A DNA stretch of 64,000 bases, taken from assembly GCA_964019335.1 (NCBI GenBank), contig OZ025691.1, positions 62,001 to 126,000 on the forward strand. Reading direction: 5' to 3'. Under the pieces are notes generated by a model. That model searched no databases and was not told the origin of the DNA. It was given only the letters and a program-made list of their open reading frames with translations. Position numbers and translations under genes: made by a program. Below are positions 22,152-35,629 of this stretch, piece after piece (within the stretch, counting starts at the first letter, position 1; every line of letters begins with the position of its first letter). Source of the stretch: Diplonema japonicum (taxonomy: Eukaryota; Protista; Euglenozoa: Diplonemea).

Positions 22152-24170
22152 ATGAAGAAATCATCGAACTTGGTGGTAGTGTTCCTATGTTTGTGTGTGT
22201 TTCTGTGTTACGAGTCTTTCATAAGACAAGAGAAAGTAAGAATTGTGTACAAGACACGGGTTGTGACAGAAGTTGTTAGCAACGAAGAAGCGATTGAAGT
22301 AAAACCAACACCACCACCACCACCACCACCACCACCAATCGACGATGGTGATGACAAACCAGATCTTCAACCAACGGCAATCGTGAACGGGAAGCTGAGA
22401 ATCCTTTCTGGTGCGAGTTATTGCGCTATCCCTGCACTAACAAGTGGACGATCCGCTCATGAAATAAACAAGAAAATACTCGCGGGAGGCTTCGTGAAGA
22501 GATGGAACCACCGCATGGTCCGAACAGGGAGAAATATCACTAAAAATCTGGAACACACGTGCAACGGGAAAACTACATGCCAATGGGCTACCGAAACGCA
22601 CGAATACCTCCCTTGCGCACCTTCCCTTCACATTGAATACGCATGCGATGCCACCGGGTTTGTAAACCACTTTAAAAAACGTTCAGGCGTACGCGATTTA
22701 ATCACTCTCACCTGCAACATGACAAGCCCTTTACCAAAGGACACTGCACTGGAACTGCATGGCTCTCGCCAAGTCGTGTATTTGATAGAAAAACAAAAGG
22801 TTGCTGTGTGGCCGATCTCCTTTGCAATCCCATTCCCAGCGTATGCATCTTCGATAAAATGGAAGGACACCGCATTCGCCTCGCTCATCCCTGCAAATAC
22901 CAACACGTACAAGTTCAAAGCCGCTGTCGATGAGTCCGAAGTCATGTACAACTTGGACTACAAACGTTCGTACTTCGCGGTGACCCGGAAAAAAATGGGA
23001 TGGGACTGTCTTAGACATTACGAAATTCTGTCTCAGGGAACGATTCCGTACTTCGTCGACATTCAGCAGATCCCGTACATGACGATGACCTGGTTTCCAA
23101 AGGACCTTGTGTACGAAGCGATGATGCTCCCGGGGGTGAAGTTCAACGACGCCACTGGCTCGTTTCTGTACCACGACTCCTTCTCCATCGATTTCGACGT
23201 CTTCAACAAAACAAGATACTTTGAACTTGCCAGAAAAATCCAACACCACGTAAGAAGATATCAAACCACCGACTTCATGGCATCGTTCATACTGGACGCA
23301 ATGGTCAAGTCAGCCAAGGCCGGCGGTGTCATTATGAAACGTCCGAAGAAAATTTTGTACATACAGCACTGCTACCTCGGGGCCTTGGGGAACATGGTTT
23401 GGTCTGGCTTCGCGGAGATGGAGGTCAGGGGCGACATCGATAAAATCATCGACATCATCCCACCTAAAGAAATGTGTATCGGCGGCCCATCGGGGTACTG
23501 GGCTGAACTTTACAAACACGGTCATTGCAAAAACGGGAGAAAACTGTCGATGACGGCATCAGAACGAACGTTGAACAAGAACGAGTACTACTCATGGATG
23601 TGGGGATGGGGTACGCACAGGTCCCATAACGAACCAGAAGAAACAATTCAAGTGCAAGATGTCCCTGATAAGATCAGATCCAGGTACTTTGATGCAATTG
23701 TCTACGGGACAGCAGTCAAGACATTAGCTTGGCTGGACATCGTTGAGGAACACTACAGCAAGCACGAGGTGGCCTTCGTCTTCGGAGGCGACCTTCCCCA
23801 CAGCTTCGAGGACTTCCAACGTGTTATGAACAAAGGTCAAATATTTACCCGAGAAAATTACGATATCCCCGGAGGGTACCAAAACCCAGAAGTGGATTTC
23901 ATCGCTCCAGGCATCGCTGAATTACAATACATCGACTGCTGTAGCATGAAGGATGCTGACAACAGGTTCATTTTCGAAGACTCACCCAAAGCAGGTGGTT
24001 ACGAGGAGTGCAAGGCCCCTTGCGCATGCACTACTAAGGTGCGGTATGGGAGCCGTGAAAAGAACAGGTGGGCGTCGGTGGTGGTCCCTCTAAATCAGAC
24101 CATGAGTTGTGAGAAGCTTCCCAGGCACTCGCCTCATGTGGATAATGTTTGTGAATGTGCAAAGCGTTAG
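22152..24170 (+). CDS. Type II membrane glycosyltransferase-like protein with possible SUEL-like lectin segment
   Basis: N-terminal TM anchor, Pro-rich stem, SYFAVTRKKMGWDCLRHYEILSQGTIPYF GT-B-like motif. Confidence 0.6.
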   Translation: MKKSSNLVVVFLCLCVFLCYESFIRQEKVRIVYKTRVVTEVVSNEEAIEVKPTPPPPPPPPPIDDGDDKPDLQPTAIVNGKLRILSGASYCAIPALTSGRSAHEINKKILAGGFVKRWNHRMVRTGRNITKNLEHTCNGKTTCQWATETHEYLPCAPSLHIEYACDATGFVNHFKKRSGVRDLITLTCNMTSPLPKDTALELHGSRQVVYLIEKQKVAVWPISFAIPFPAYASSIKWKDTAFASLIPANTNTYKFKAAVDESEVMYNLDYKRSYFAVTRKKMGWDCLRHYEILSQGTIPYFVDIQQIPYMTMTWFPKDLVYEAMMLPGVKFNDATGSFLYHDSFSIDFDVFNKTRYFELARKIQHHVRRYQTTDFMASFILDAMVKSAKAGGVIMKRPKKILYIQHCYLGALGNMVWSGFAEMEVRGDIDKIIDIIPPKEMCIGGPSGYWAELYKHGHCKNGRKLSMTASERTLNKNEYYSWMWGWGTHRSHNEPEETIQVQDVPDKIRSRYFDAIVYGTAVKTLAWLDIVEEHYSKHEVAFVFGGDLPHSFEDFQRVMNKGQIFTRENYDIPGGYQNPEVDFIAPGIAELQYIDCCSMKDADNRFIFEDSPKAGGYEECKAPCACTTKVRYGSREKNRWASVVVPLNQTMSCEKLPRHSPHVDNVCECAKR

Positions 24171-24308
24171 GTTAGGTTAGGAGTGTGAGAATAAAAGGGA
24201 GAGCCTACCTTGGCCAGTCCTCCCCCTCCCTCTTCAAGTACCGGCTTTGTGCTTTGATAATCTTGTGGGTGAAAAGTTAAAACTGTCATTTTTTTTTTCC
24301 CCCGAGAA

Positions 24309-24340
<32 letters not shown>

Positions 24341-24371
24341 AAAAAAAAAAAACAGGGGCAAAACCCATTCG

Positions 24372-24409
<38 letters not shown>

Positions 24410-25118
24410 AGCAATATAAGAAAAAAAGAAGAAACAGCTGCCACTGACGGATGCAGTTATTCTTAAAAAAAAAGACTTTTTTTTTTGTGGGCGGGGGTGG
24501 GATGTGAAGTGTAAAATATGTGTGAATTTTTTTTTTCTCCCTGGTTGTCTTTAGCGCTCGTGGCTAGAGGCTTGTGGCGCAGTTCAGGAAGGATCACAGT
24601 GGGGTCTGTGTTGTAAACATCAACCCGCTTTTTTTTTGCATCTCAGAGTGCAGAACACGGTGGATGGGTGGTACGGAGTCCCATTTTCTCAAACACACTT
24701 CAGCATGGTCTCACTGAACATATCGATTTAGATAATTTGTACTTTTGCTAAAAAGAGTAGTGGTAGCACAAACAAAAAAAAGGGAAAAACCTCTGCTAAG
24801 GTCGGCAACGAAAGTGTGGTTCGCTTTTATTTTATTTTATAGTATTTATTCACCATTGAATTCCCAAGGAAAATGTTGGATTTCGCTCTCTCTAGAATCT
24901 TCTTATTTTTTTACGCCTCACATCTCTTGAGGTTTAGAAGATTGTTTTTTTTTTTTTTTTGGGAGGGAACGGGGAGGGACAAACGAAACACGTAAGTTTC
25001 GCCAAAACCAGTCACAAAAAAAAAGGGTTTTTTTTTTTTTTTGTTTTCTTCTTATGTGTGAACCATTCCCCTCCTTCCCTATCGTGGAAAGATTACTGAA
25101 AGATTGGAGAAGGAAAAG

Positions 25119-25150
<32 letters not shown>

Positions 25151-26079
25151 ATTTTGAAGTTGATCACACGACCCTCTCAGCGCCTTCAGGCCTGCCCTAG
25201 ATGTTTTCCTTTTCCGCCGTCAGCAACCGCGGTGCTGGGCTCCTCTTTATAAGTAGGTGAAGGGGTTTTTTTTTCCCCTTAAAGTCCAAAATTCACTTAA
25301 TACCCAAAATGAGCTTAATAGCTATGAAAACACAAGGGAAACTTGAAGACAAACAACAACAAAACAAAAACCCTGGTTTGCGTTTTTATCCTCTTGCAGT
25401 TTTGATGCAAAGATATATGGGCAATCTAACGCTCAGAATTAAAAAAAAGTCGCGCAATAGGGCCCCTCTTTTTAAAGAGTACTAAAAATGCCTTGCAGAA
25501 TTAAAAAATAAGTTTTTTTTTAGACTGATAGATCAACTCCGGTCCTTTATGGGTAAGTGAATTGCTCCCTTTTTTCTTTTCTTCTTTTTTTTTTTTTACT
25601 GTTTGTTTCTCCTTCCCCCCGCTTTTTTTGAGAGTATATTACCTTTGCTGCGGAACTTACCGCCCCCCATCAGGGGGGGTTTTTCTTTTAAAAATACTTT
25701 TTTCGCCTTTTATTCCCACTTGCAATATCATTTCAGTCACCAGGGTTGTCATGGCTAAAAACTTTAAAAAAATTGTAAAACCGAAACGGTTTCCGTATCC
25801 GTTTCCTTATTTGGAAGAGAAACGCGTTTCCCTTGTTAAAGAAACAGCCCCCCCCAAAAAAAATAGGGAAACGTTTCCTTATTTTCAAAAAAAAGAAGAG
25901 AAAAAAAAAAAAAAAAAAAGCTTGGAAACGCGTTTCCTTACCAACATAGCTGGGGGACACGAAAAATGGTAAAATCAGAACCCGAGTCCCCCCCCCTTTT
26001 TTTTTCTTTCTTGTACTGAAAGCCGGGAGTGGTGCCAAGGCAGCAACAAAAAAAAAGGGGGGTGGAAGAACAATAAAAA

Positions 26080-26859
26080 ATGGACTGCGGATACTGCATG
26101 CCGCCGTCGCCGATCCCCGTGGCATCGCAACCGCAGGTGAGCCCGAGGGCGATGGTGGCGTATCAAGAGCCGCCCATTCAAATGTGCGGCACAGGTTGCG
26201 ACGACATGTGTTGTGGAGATGACTGCTACGACGATGCTTGCTGTGACTATGATGAGTGTGGAGAGTATGAGCGCAAAAGTGCGCTAGAGGGCAATGCTGC
26301 AAGAATCGCATATTTACGTCTCCAGCTAGGCCTGCCCGTTCAACCGGCAACGAGGGCGCAGTCCCAGCTTTCGAAAGCGAGTCCCGAGAATGCTTTGAAA
26401 ATCAAGGAGATCAGAGAAAGGCTTGGTGTACCTTACCTCAAAAGCATCAACGAGGAAAAGCGAGACAGAGAGGCTGTGTCACACCGTCGGCCTTACGTGC
26501 CACCACGGACCACCACCACCACCACCCTCCCTTCTCCTGAAGACCTTGGAGCAAGATCTTTCAACGATCTTGCCAACAGGCTGGGCAGCAACACTGCCGA
26601 CGCTATGACCACACCCTTCACAAGAAACGTTCACCAACAACAACCGACCTACCAGCCCCAGTACAATACCTCATACCGGCCTGCAACTACTGGGACAGGG
26701 CAAACTGGATACGTCTATAACCCCCCACGACACCTCACAGAGTGGGAGAAGTGGGACAAGAAAGAGGTCGAAAACCCGAATCTCATCAGCCCCGAGATGC
26801 TGGGGTATCAGGTCGGCAATATTTCTAATATAAACCGATCCGGGCGTCCCTTTGGATAG
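26080..26859 (+). CDS. Hypothetical protein with Cys/Asp-rich N-terminal segment
   Basis: 259-aa ORF with coding-like composition, A-rich leader. Confidence 0.7.
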   Translation: MDCGYCMPPSPIPVASQPQVSPRAMVAYQEPPIQMCGTGCDDMCCGDDCYDDACCDYDECGEYERKSALEGNAARIAYLRLQLGLPVQPATRAQSQLSKASPENALKIKEIRERLGVPYLKSINEEKRDREAVSHRRPYVPPRTTTTTTLPSPEDLGARSFNDLANRLGSNTADAMTTPFTRNVHQQQPTYQPQYNTSYRPATTGTGQTGYVYNPPRHLTEWEKWDKKEVENPNLISPEMLGYQVGNISNINRSGRPFG

Positions 26860-27085
26860 GGGAGAAAAAAAAGGAAAAAAAGAAGAGGGAAAAAAAAAAA
26901 AAAAAAAAAAAAAATGTCTTGTACCCCCATCTCCCTCCCACGCCATTCCCCATTATTGTACTGCCCCACACCCAAAAAGGGGGGGGGGGGGGGGGGGGGC
27001 TTTGTTGTTCTGATTTTACCTTTATGTTACGTGGTTTTTTTTTTTCTTTTCTTTTTCTTTTTTTTTTTTTACCATTTGTGTTTCT

Positions 27086-27119
<34 letters not shown>

Positions 27120-27200
27120 TGCAAAAAGAAATGACTTTTTTTTTTATTTACTACAGGGAAAGGGAGGGAGGGAGGACTCCTTGGCGGTCGGTGGTGTAGA

Positions 27201-29601
27201 ATGGAGGGCGGGTTACTTGAGAGCTTTTGCCATGTAGTGGGGTTTGCCATTGATGAGGCAAAGACGAGCACTGTGGTTCGGGGCGAAGAAGGGACCAGCG
27301 AGGTGGTTGAGCTAGGCGGCTACGAGGATTGCAGCTGCGTGAAGGTTGTGGTGGACCTAGGGCTGGGGACCTTCGACATGACGTGGTCAACAGTACTCAG
27401 CCCAGGGGAGGTGAAACAGATCTCCAGAGGGTTCCATGGAATGCAGGTCAGCACTAAGTACGCAACGTTTGGAGAAGCCCTGGGCATGATCTCTGAGAAG
27501 GTAATCGTGGACGCAGAGAGCAAAGCAACCTTCATCAAGCAGACAGGGACATCTAACTTCGTCAAGAATTCACTCCACCTCACGCACAGCGTGGTGTCGT
27601 GCCATCTGAAGGACAGCGCCAAGAAGCTACTCACACGGAAATCGCTTCAAAGAACGATGACGAACCTGCGCCATCCTAGCATCTCTCTATCCCTTGATGT
27701 ACGCCACAGTGTCCATTGCTGTGGTGGAGTCATCCGCCGCCGTCCGGGACACCAAAACGGAATGCTGCTCAGCAACGGTCCAGGGCTCCTCCCTGGCACC
27801 CCCGATCCTTTCCACAAACTGCAACAAGTTGCGTCGCCGAAGGACAACTCCTCCTGCACCGACAACCCAGCATCTCCCGAGTACATCGGTGCCGCCATGG
27901 GCATGCAGTGGCGTCTCGGTACTCGGAAAACAACAAAAACAGCGCTGGCCAAGAAGCGGCTGGATGACGACGTCCTCCTCGCGAAGTCCCTCCAGCAGCA
28001 GTTCGACGAGGAGGTCGGCGAGACGCTTCCCGAGACAGACCCTCGGTGCTCCCTCTGTCAGACGACCATCCCCTTCGACGGCAGCATAGCATCCATCCCC
28101 TCCTGCGACATCTGCACACTGTACTGCTGCGTCAGGTGTTTCACGGGCCACCTTCAAGCCGAGGCTGTCAAGGCTACCAACGGAGGGAAGCCTTCCAGCA
28201 CCATACCATGCTTCAACCCAAGATGCCGTGCAACGGTTTGCCAGGCGGACCTGCGGCGGTACTTGACAGACGGGCAGCTCTCGACGCTCGACACGAACGA
28301 CTTGACAGCAGCGATCAAAACAGGGAAGAACGAGTACGTGAAGTGCCCGAAGTGTCTTCTGCTCATCGAATGCGACCCGTCAAACCAGAAGATGGAACTG
28401 CAGAACATGAAGCGGAGGGCGCAGAACGGGGCGGTGGAGCTGGACGGGGTGGAGATGTGCCTTGTGAAGGCGAACCACTACGTGAAGTACAGGATGAGGT
28501 GTCTGGGGTGCAGCAGCGTGTTCTGCACGTCGTGCTTCAAGACCCCGTACCATCTGGGGCAGACCTGCGAGGAGGCCTCGAACCCCTTGCACTGCAGGTT
28601 CTGCGACTCAGCACTAGCGAAGGCACCGCAGGTCGCATCATGGTGGAGACGGAAGAAGAAGCCTCACATGATGCTGGAAATATGCGGAGACAACGAATGC
28701 CAAGAGAAGGCAAGCGAGACATGTTTGAAGCAGCATTCCTGTGGGCATGCTTGCAACGGCATTTTAGATGAACGAACCTGCCCACCGTGCCTCCACGAGG
28801 ACTGCCATGCCGAGGGGCCGAGTGGTGACGAGTTCTGTTCCATCTGCTGGACAGAACCTCTCTCTGGTGCACCGATGATACAGCTCGCCTGCGGACACCT
28901 CGTCCACCATGCGTGCACCATCAGAAAGCTTGAAGCAGGGTGGCCAACCTCTCGCATCACCTTTTCATTCATGACATGTCCCTTGTGCAGTACCGACATC
29001 GAGCACCCAAGTCCGGCCGTGCAAAAGCTCCTCACCCCTCTTAAAAAACTCAAAAAAGACCTGCAAAAACGATGGATGGACAGACTTCGAATCGAAGGCC
29101 TTCTCGGCTCCGCAAGGCTGACCCAGAAGGGGGAACGCTTTTACCAGAAACCAATGGACTTCGCCCAGCATGTGTTGTGTTACTACAAATGCATCAAATG
29201 CTCGAAACCATATTTCGGTGGCGTGCAGCAATGCAATGTAGAGGAAGAGGCCAACCGGCAGTTCAAAAGGGAGGAGTTGATATGTGGTGCATGCGTGGAC
29301 AAAACTTCCTGTGCTGTGCATGGGACAGAGTACATACAATTCAAGTGTAGATATTGCTGCAAACCCGCCGTTTGGTTTTGCTGGGGTATGCTAGACAAGG
29401 GGAGGGGGAAAAAAAAATCTAGGTACAACTCACTTCTGTGATAAGTGCCACCGCGTGCTCCCTCGGCCTATACCACAGTGCAAGGGTGCTGATACCTGCC
29501 CTTCAGGAGTGGACCATCCTCCCAATGGGCAAGAATATGCGCTAGGATGTGTGGCCTGTATAGCGATAAAAAGGGGGGAGCCCCCTATAACTGCCCCTTA
29601 G
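27201..29601 (+). CDS. E3 ubiquitin ligase: RING/IBR-like fingers + MYCBP2-type RING-tandem-cysteine (RCR) module
   Basis: CSICWTEPL..CGHLVH..WPTSRITF..CPLC, YFGG..C, FKCRYCC..WFCWG|TTHFC..HPPNGQEYALGC after removing intron 29386-29422. Confidence 0.88.
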
Positions 29602-31568
29602 GCTTTTTTTTTTCTTTTTCTTTTTTTTTTGTAATATCTTCTCTCCCCCCCCCCCCCCCCCTCCCCTTTCCCGTACTTATATTTTTATTGTTATTCTGTA
29701 GATCGTAAAGTTCTCCCCCCCCCTTTTTTTCTCTTTGCTCCCCCCCCCTTTTTTTAAAGAATTCTGAAGGAGTACAAAAGGGAGGGGGGACAAGGCAAAA
29801 CAACATTGTGTATTTTTTTTCTCTCTTTCTTTTGTTCTTGTTACAATGTCGGTGCTAAGAAGTAAGAACTATTTATTGGGACACCACGGACCACGGCTAT
29901 AAGGCAGCCCTCCTCGCAGACTACAGGAGAGGGGTTTTCTTTTTTTTGGGGGGGGGGAGAAAGAGAAGGGAAATAAAGTATTTCTTGTGATAGCTCTCTC
30001 TCCCAGGGGGGTGGAAGAAAAAAAAAAAGAAGAAGAAGAAGAAGAAGAACCCCATTCTCGTTTTAACAAACTTGAGCCCAATAAAAAAAAAAAAAAAAAA
30101 AAAATGGGCGAGGAGGGGAAAGGGGTGAAAATACAAAATTAAATAATAAGAAACCAAATCCGTTGCTTTTTTTTTTTTTTTTTCTTTTCTTTTTTTTTTT
30201 CGGGTTTTTTAGGGTGGTCCTCAAGTGGGATTTGCCCTTAAACATCGCCTTTTTCTCTCCTGTTCTCTCTGTCTGTCTCCCCCATTATTCTGTGGTGTAG
30301 TCGGAAGCTCAGGTGCTGCAGGGTGAAGCACAACGAAGGAACCTTCATTTCTTATTTCCTTGTGAAGAACCAAAGCAAGCCCTCATTAGCAGGGGCTCAC
30401 CAGTCTTCGCACTTTTTTTCTTCTTCTTTCTTTGAGCCATTGCTTACATTTTTCTTCAATGCAGATGCCAAGCAAAGAAACTTCTTTTTAAAAAAAATTC
30501 TTTTTTTTTTCTTTTTTTTTTTCTTCTCCGGTAAGTCGTTTGCTAACACTTTCTTTCAGTGGTTTTTTTTTTTTTTTCTCGTCACCTAATCCCCCCCCCC
30601 CCCCCCCCCTGTTCTGAAAAAAATAAAGGTCTTGCCTGTACCCTTCCCCTTCCCGTATTAGAAAAAAAAAAAAAAAAAAGAAGGAAAAGGAACCCTGCAC
30701 GGGCTGTTCCCTCCAAATTTTGTAAACACATTTTCCTTTTGTTAAAACTTTCTCATTTATTTTTGTGTACCTCGTACTATGAAGAGGCTGGAAGAAGAAG
30801 AAAACAAAAGATGGCAAATCATATCTTCTCGTAGCAAGGTAACTTTTTTTTGGGGGGGGAGGGGGCACCTAGTTTTTCTTCTTTTGCACAACCGCCTGGA
30901 ACTTGCTGCACATTTGGCACTTCTGAGTGCAAAAGTTCCAACAAAAAAAAAAAAAAAAAAAAAAAAAGAAAAAGAAAACGGGTACGGGGCTTTTCTTTCT
31001 TCGAAAGGAATTGCAGGGGTGCAAGGTGTACTTTTTTTTTTCTTGAGAAATTAGGTTACTTAAGGATCCCACCAACTTTTTATTTTCTTTTTTTTTTAAA
31101 TACCCTTGGCCATCGTTCGAAATCTTGTGTTAACGACACCTTATTATGCCATCTCACAACTAAAAAAGAAAAGAAAAAGAAGAATTTAAAATAAAATAAA
31201 AAAAAGGGAAGTTTTGCAGTATTTCCATTTCTTTTTTTTTTTCTTTGGTTTGTACGTGCTCCCTCCCTGTGCCTTTAGAAAGGGGAAGGGAGAACCGAAG
31301 GATAAAAAGAAGAATTAACATTTAAAAAAAGAATTTTGAAGGGGGGGGAAAAAGATTTGAAAAGACGCACACATACAGGATGAGTCTCCCCCCTTACTTT
31401 TTTGTGCCTTTCACTTCTTCCCCCCCCCCCCCCCCCGTTCCCTTATGCTTTCTCTTCGGCACCATTGATTCCAATTGTATCTCTTGCCTCCGGGTAGTCT
31501 CAGTTGTTCCCTCCCACCCCCCTCACTCCCCTTATTGTTTATTAAAGAGAGACCTCATCTCACTTTCC

Positions 31569-31599
<31 letters not shown>

Positions 31600-32049
31600 A
31601 TGCGAACACATTGCCAACTCAACAACTCGCCAGTTGGTTTCACGCCCAAACTGCTGAATAGATACCACGACGGGCCTAAGGCACTACCACGACAGAAGGG
31701 ATCAAACACTAGATGAGTTGACTGTCGTTAAGCGATCCTGTCACATACTGCAGGTTCCCTTCAAAGACACCTTTTTTTTTTTTTCCCCTCTAGAAACGAG
31801 TATATGGTCGAGTGCTGCTTAAACGCAGTCTTGAGTCGTCTTTTCGCCTCTAAAATTATTTTGGTCAAAAGGAGATGCAGCATCCTGTTTAGTAGAAAGA
31901 AAGGCTTTTTTTTTTTTTTTTTTTTTTTTTTTTCCCGTGGCTGAGGCAATTAGAACAAAGAACACAGCACCATAATCTGGTGACTCGTGTTCGTGAAGTG
32001 CCAATTGCGACTTTGAGCGTGTTTGGAGACCCAAGGGGGGGGAAAAAAA

Positions 32050-32152
32050 ACTTCTTTTTTTTGTTTCTGACAGGTACCAAACTTTTTTCTTTTTATATTT
32101 CATTTACACAGAAAAGAAAAAAAAGAAAAGAGGGGAATAATATAAAAAAAAA
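32050..32152 (+). promoter_or_regulatory. Representative putative trans-splice acceptor (polypyrimidine tract, AG at 32111, purine-rich leader); similar at 22109, 40519, 41402, 48049, 60482
   Basis: Recurrent polyY-AG-(A/G)n-ATG architecture upstream of genes. Confidence 0.6.
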
Positions 32153-33444
32153 ATGGAAGGATACACCAAAGTGCGACAAATCGGCAAGGGAAACATGGGT
32201 GTGTGCCATCTGGCGAAAGGGCCCGGTGGTGAGCTGGCGGTCTTGAAACAAGTAAACCTCTCCAAGATGGGGAGGAAGGAGAAGACACAAGCGGTCGGCG
32301 AGGCAAAACTTCTAAAATCCGTCAACCACCCGAACATCGTCAGGTTCCTCAACAGCTGCACGACAAAAAACGACAATCTTCTCATCGCCATGGAGTACGT
32401 CACCAAGGGCGACCTATGTCAGAAAATCGAAAAATCCAAAGGCAGGGGTCTATGGAAAGAAGGACAAGTACTTGACTGGTTCATACAAATAGCTCTCGCT
32501 GTCCAGTACACCGGAAAGAAACACATTCTTCACAGAGATTTAAAAACCCAAAACATCCTCATCACGGAGGACAATGTTCTAAAACTCGCGGATTTCGGAA
32601 TTTCCCGATCGCTGGTAAACACATGGGACCAAGCGCACACGTTTGTCGGCACCCCTTACTACCTGGCTCCTGAACTAGTCCTGCAAAGGCCCTACAACAT
32701 CCAGGTAGACGCTTGGGCCCTTGGTGTCGTCCTGTGCGAGATGCTGACATTATCCCACCCTTTCACTGGGTACGACATGAAATCCCTCACCTCTAACATT
32801 GTAAAGGGAGTCTACACCAAACCTTCTACCCAGTACTCCGCAGAAATAAGAGACCTTGTAACAGGGCTCCTTCAAAAGGACCCTGCGAAACGTACAACTG
32901 TGAAAGCTGCCCTGAACACCGCCATTGTCCAACGCCGCTTAAAGAAATGGCTCACCGAGGACAAGGTCGTTCCGAAGAGCTATGTCTGCCAGCTGATCAG
33001 GGAAGGGTGTCTTGATGGCTTGATCCCTAGTTCGCTTATCACCGGTTATAAGCTGGAGGATGAAAGCGGTGTCAAGGTGCCCCACCCGCCTGGTAAATCT
33101 ACTGACGCTGTTCTTCAGGATTTGGAGAGGCAGAGGAAGGATGAAAAGGCAAAGATTAGAGCTGAGTTTTCCAGTATTGAGGCAGGGAACTTAAAGATTC
33201 ATGATCCCTCTCCTAAGTCGCACCAGGAGAGGGGGAAGAAAGACTTGCCTCCTATTTCGGGTGGTGGTGCTGGTGCTGGTGCTGGTGGGGCGTACCCGGG
33301 ACACTGTCCCCCTGCTCACCCACGCGAGCTTCTTGCGGAGAAGCGCCGTCTCCTCGCACTGCTTGAACAGCAACAGATGCAGCAGCAACAGAAGCAGCGC
33401 CACCCTGTTGCTGGGGCACGGCGGTTCAGGAATTTGAATTACTA

Positions 33445-33445
<1 letters not shown>
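32153..33445 (+). CDS. NIMA-related (NEK) Ser/Thr kinase
   Basis: HPNIV, WFIQIALAV, HRDLKTQNI, DFGISR, FVGTPYYLAPE. Confidence 0.93.
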
Positions 33446-33489
<44 letters not shown>

Positions 33490-33583
33490 ACACATTTTGG
33501 GACTGCTGTCTTTTTTTTTTTTTTTTTTTTTTTTGCCCCTTCCACGCTTTGTTTTCACTACTCGTCTCAATAAAATATGAACG

Positions 33584-33618
<35 letters not shown>

Positions 33619-33732
33619 ACCTCAGCCCCTCTGTGTGTCGGGGCAGAAAAAAAGGTTCATGGAATATAAATAAAAGAGGAGAAGGGAAAAAAAAATAGAG
33701 AACTTTTTTATTGTTATTATTATTTTTTGTTT

Positions 33733-34160
33733 TTTTATTCCACTCATCAGTCATTTTCTTCACTCACTAGGGGCCTCATAATTTAACGCGAAACGTTCCA
33801 TAATTTAACTAGTGAAAATATGGGTCTTGTCGTGGGGAAAAAATGTACCCAACCTTAAAAAACTTGCAAACTTGCCATCTGAGACCATTCCGGCCACGGC
33901 GAAATAGCTACCCTGTATTACCTTAGGAAAATCCATTAAAATGCTGACCTGCGTGAAAAAAAACAGCAGTGAAAGCAGAAAAGTGAGTGACTCAAATGGC
34001 GAAGAGTGAAATAAAACGACTTACTTGCCGCCAAATGAGCCATTATTTAACAATCGTTACCGTTTTTTTTTTTTTTTTTTTTTTTTTTTCTTGCAAAGAT
34101 TTCGGGAACCCGAGTTAAATAATGACTCATAATTTGTTGGCAATAAATAGCTATTTTTTT
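33733..34160. mobile_element. MITE-like repeat copy 1 (imperfect ~35-bp TIRs at ~33733-33768 and ~33982-34016)
   Basis: Internal inverted termini; reverse-complement homolog at 36392-36712. Confidence 0.65.
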
Positions 34161-34385
34161 TTTTTATTATTATTTTTTCTTCCCTCTCCTCTAGTCCCTG
34201 CTTGATTTCCCACTTTCAGTTAGGAAAACCCAAGCCCCCTATTGTAGGGAAGGGACAGGATCAAAGATATGGGATGAAGACAAGTGGCTAACAAGAAAAT
34301 AAAAGGGGAAAGAAAAAAAAAAAAGAAGAGAAAAAATTCTCTTTTTTTTTCTTCTTTTAATTTCTTACTGTCTTCTTTCACCTTC

Positions 34386-34432
<47 letters not shown>

Positions 34433-34634
34433 CATATTTTTCTTTCCGAAAATGGCGCATTCTTCTTCTTCTTTTTTTTATGGAGGAGTGGTCAAAACAC
34501 CTGGCATTTTTAGCTGGAAAAAAAAAAGAAGAAAAAAAAAGAAAAAAAAAAGAAGAACGCGCAAGATTTTATTTAAAAGTAAACCTAGTGGGATGCTGTC
34601 CCTTTTTCTTTTTCTTTTCCCTTTTTTTTTTTAA

Positions 34635-34949
34635 GGTGGGGATAACATGGAAATATAAGAAGTACATCAGATGTGTTGTTCGCTGTTGACCTCCTCGTCG
34701 GTCATCACCGGTAGCGCCCGAGTGGAAGAACGTAACGCAGATGCTCAGGGTGACGAACAGGCAGCAAACTGCACGAGCGCAGAATCTTGGTTACCTGGGG
34801 CTAGGGTTGAGCACACCGCATGCATTAAGGACACGACGCGGAACGCAGAAGAAGCTACTGCTCGGCCGAGGAGCGCCCCCTGTAATCAAGTAGGTAGTTC
34901 GTGCTTCGTTGCACGCTTAACGCCACCTAGTGTTGCAATTAAAGCCCCA
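34635..34949 (+). repeat. 315-bp non-coding dispersed repeat, copy 1 (follows polyT-AAG)
   Basis: Identical to 37150-37472 apart from one small indel region. Confidence 0.95.
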
Positions 34950-35326
34950 TTTTTTTTTTTCTTTTACAGTTCTAGTTGATAATTTCCTTTTTATTTTATT
35001 TTTCTTACTGCTTTTTTTTTTTTTTTTTTTTTTTTTTCTGCCTATTTTTTTTCTTTTTTTTTTATAAATTTAAACAAACCTTCTCTTCCCTCCCTACACA
35101 CCCCCCCCCCCCCCCATCACTCCCTTCCCCTCGCTCCTCCCATTCTCCCTCTCTCTCTTCAGTTCAATGCTCTTTTTTTATTGACTGTGTTTTTGACTTC
35201 TATCCTTTGTGGGTTTCCCCCCCCCCCCCTCCCCCTTTTTTCTTGTCCTTTCCCCCCCCCTTTTTCTTTTGGATTTGAACAATAATTTAAAAAAAAAAAA
35301 AAAAAAAAAACCGCAACAGGGAAAAG

Positions 35327-35589
35327 ATGGAGGCAATCCAAGCACCACAGGTCCCAGTCAAATCAAAGAGAAGACGAGCTCCTGCAATGTCCCTTACATC
35401 GCTGCACCTTGAAGGGGACCTGCCACCGTTTTTCACATTCGTGGTAGAGATGAAACTAGCAGCGTGCGGGGAATTCGATCCTGACAAAATAGGCGAACAA
35501 CTGGTCAACTTGTCCAAGCGGCAGGTGGGGGGGGTCATTTCGCTGACGGAAAAGTGCGTGCAAGCAGAAATATTCGAACAGAGGTTTTT

Positions 35590-35629
<40 letters not shown>

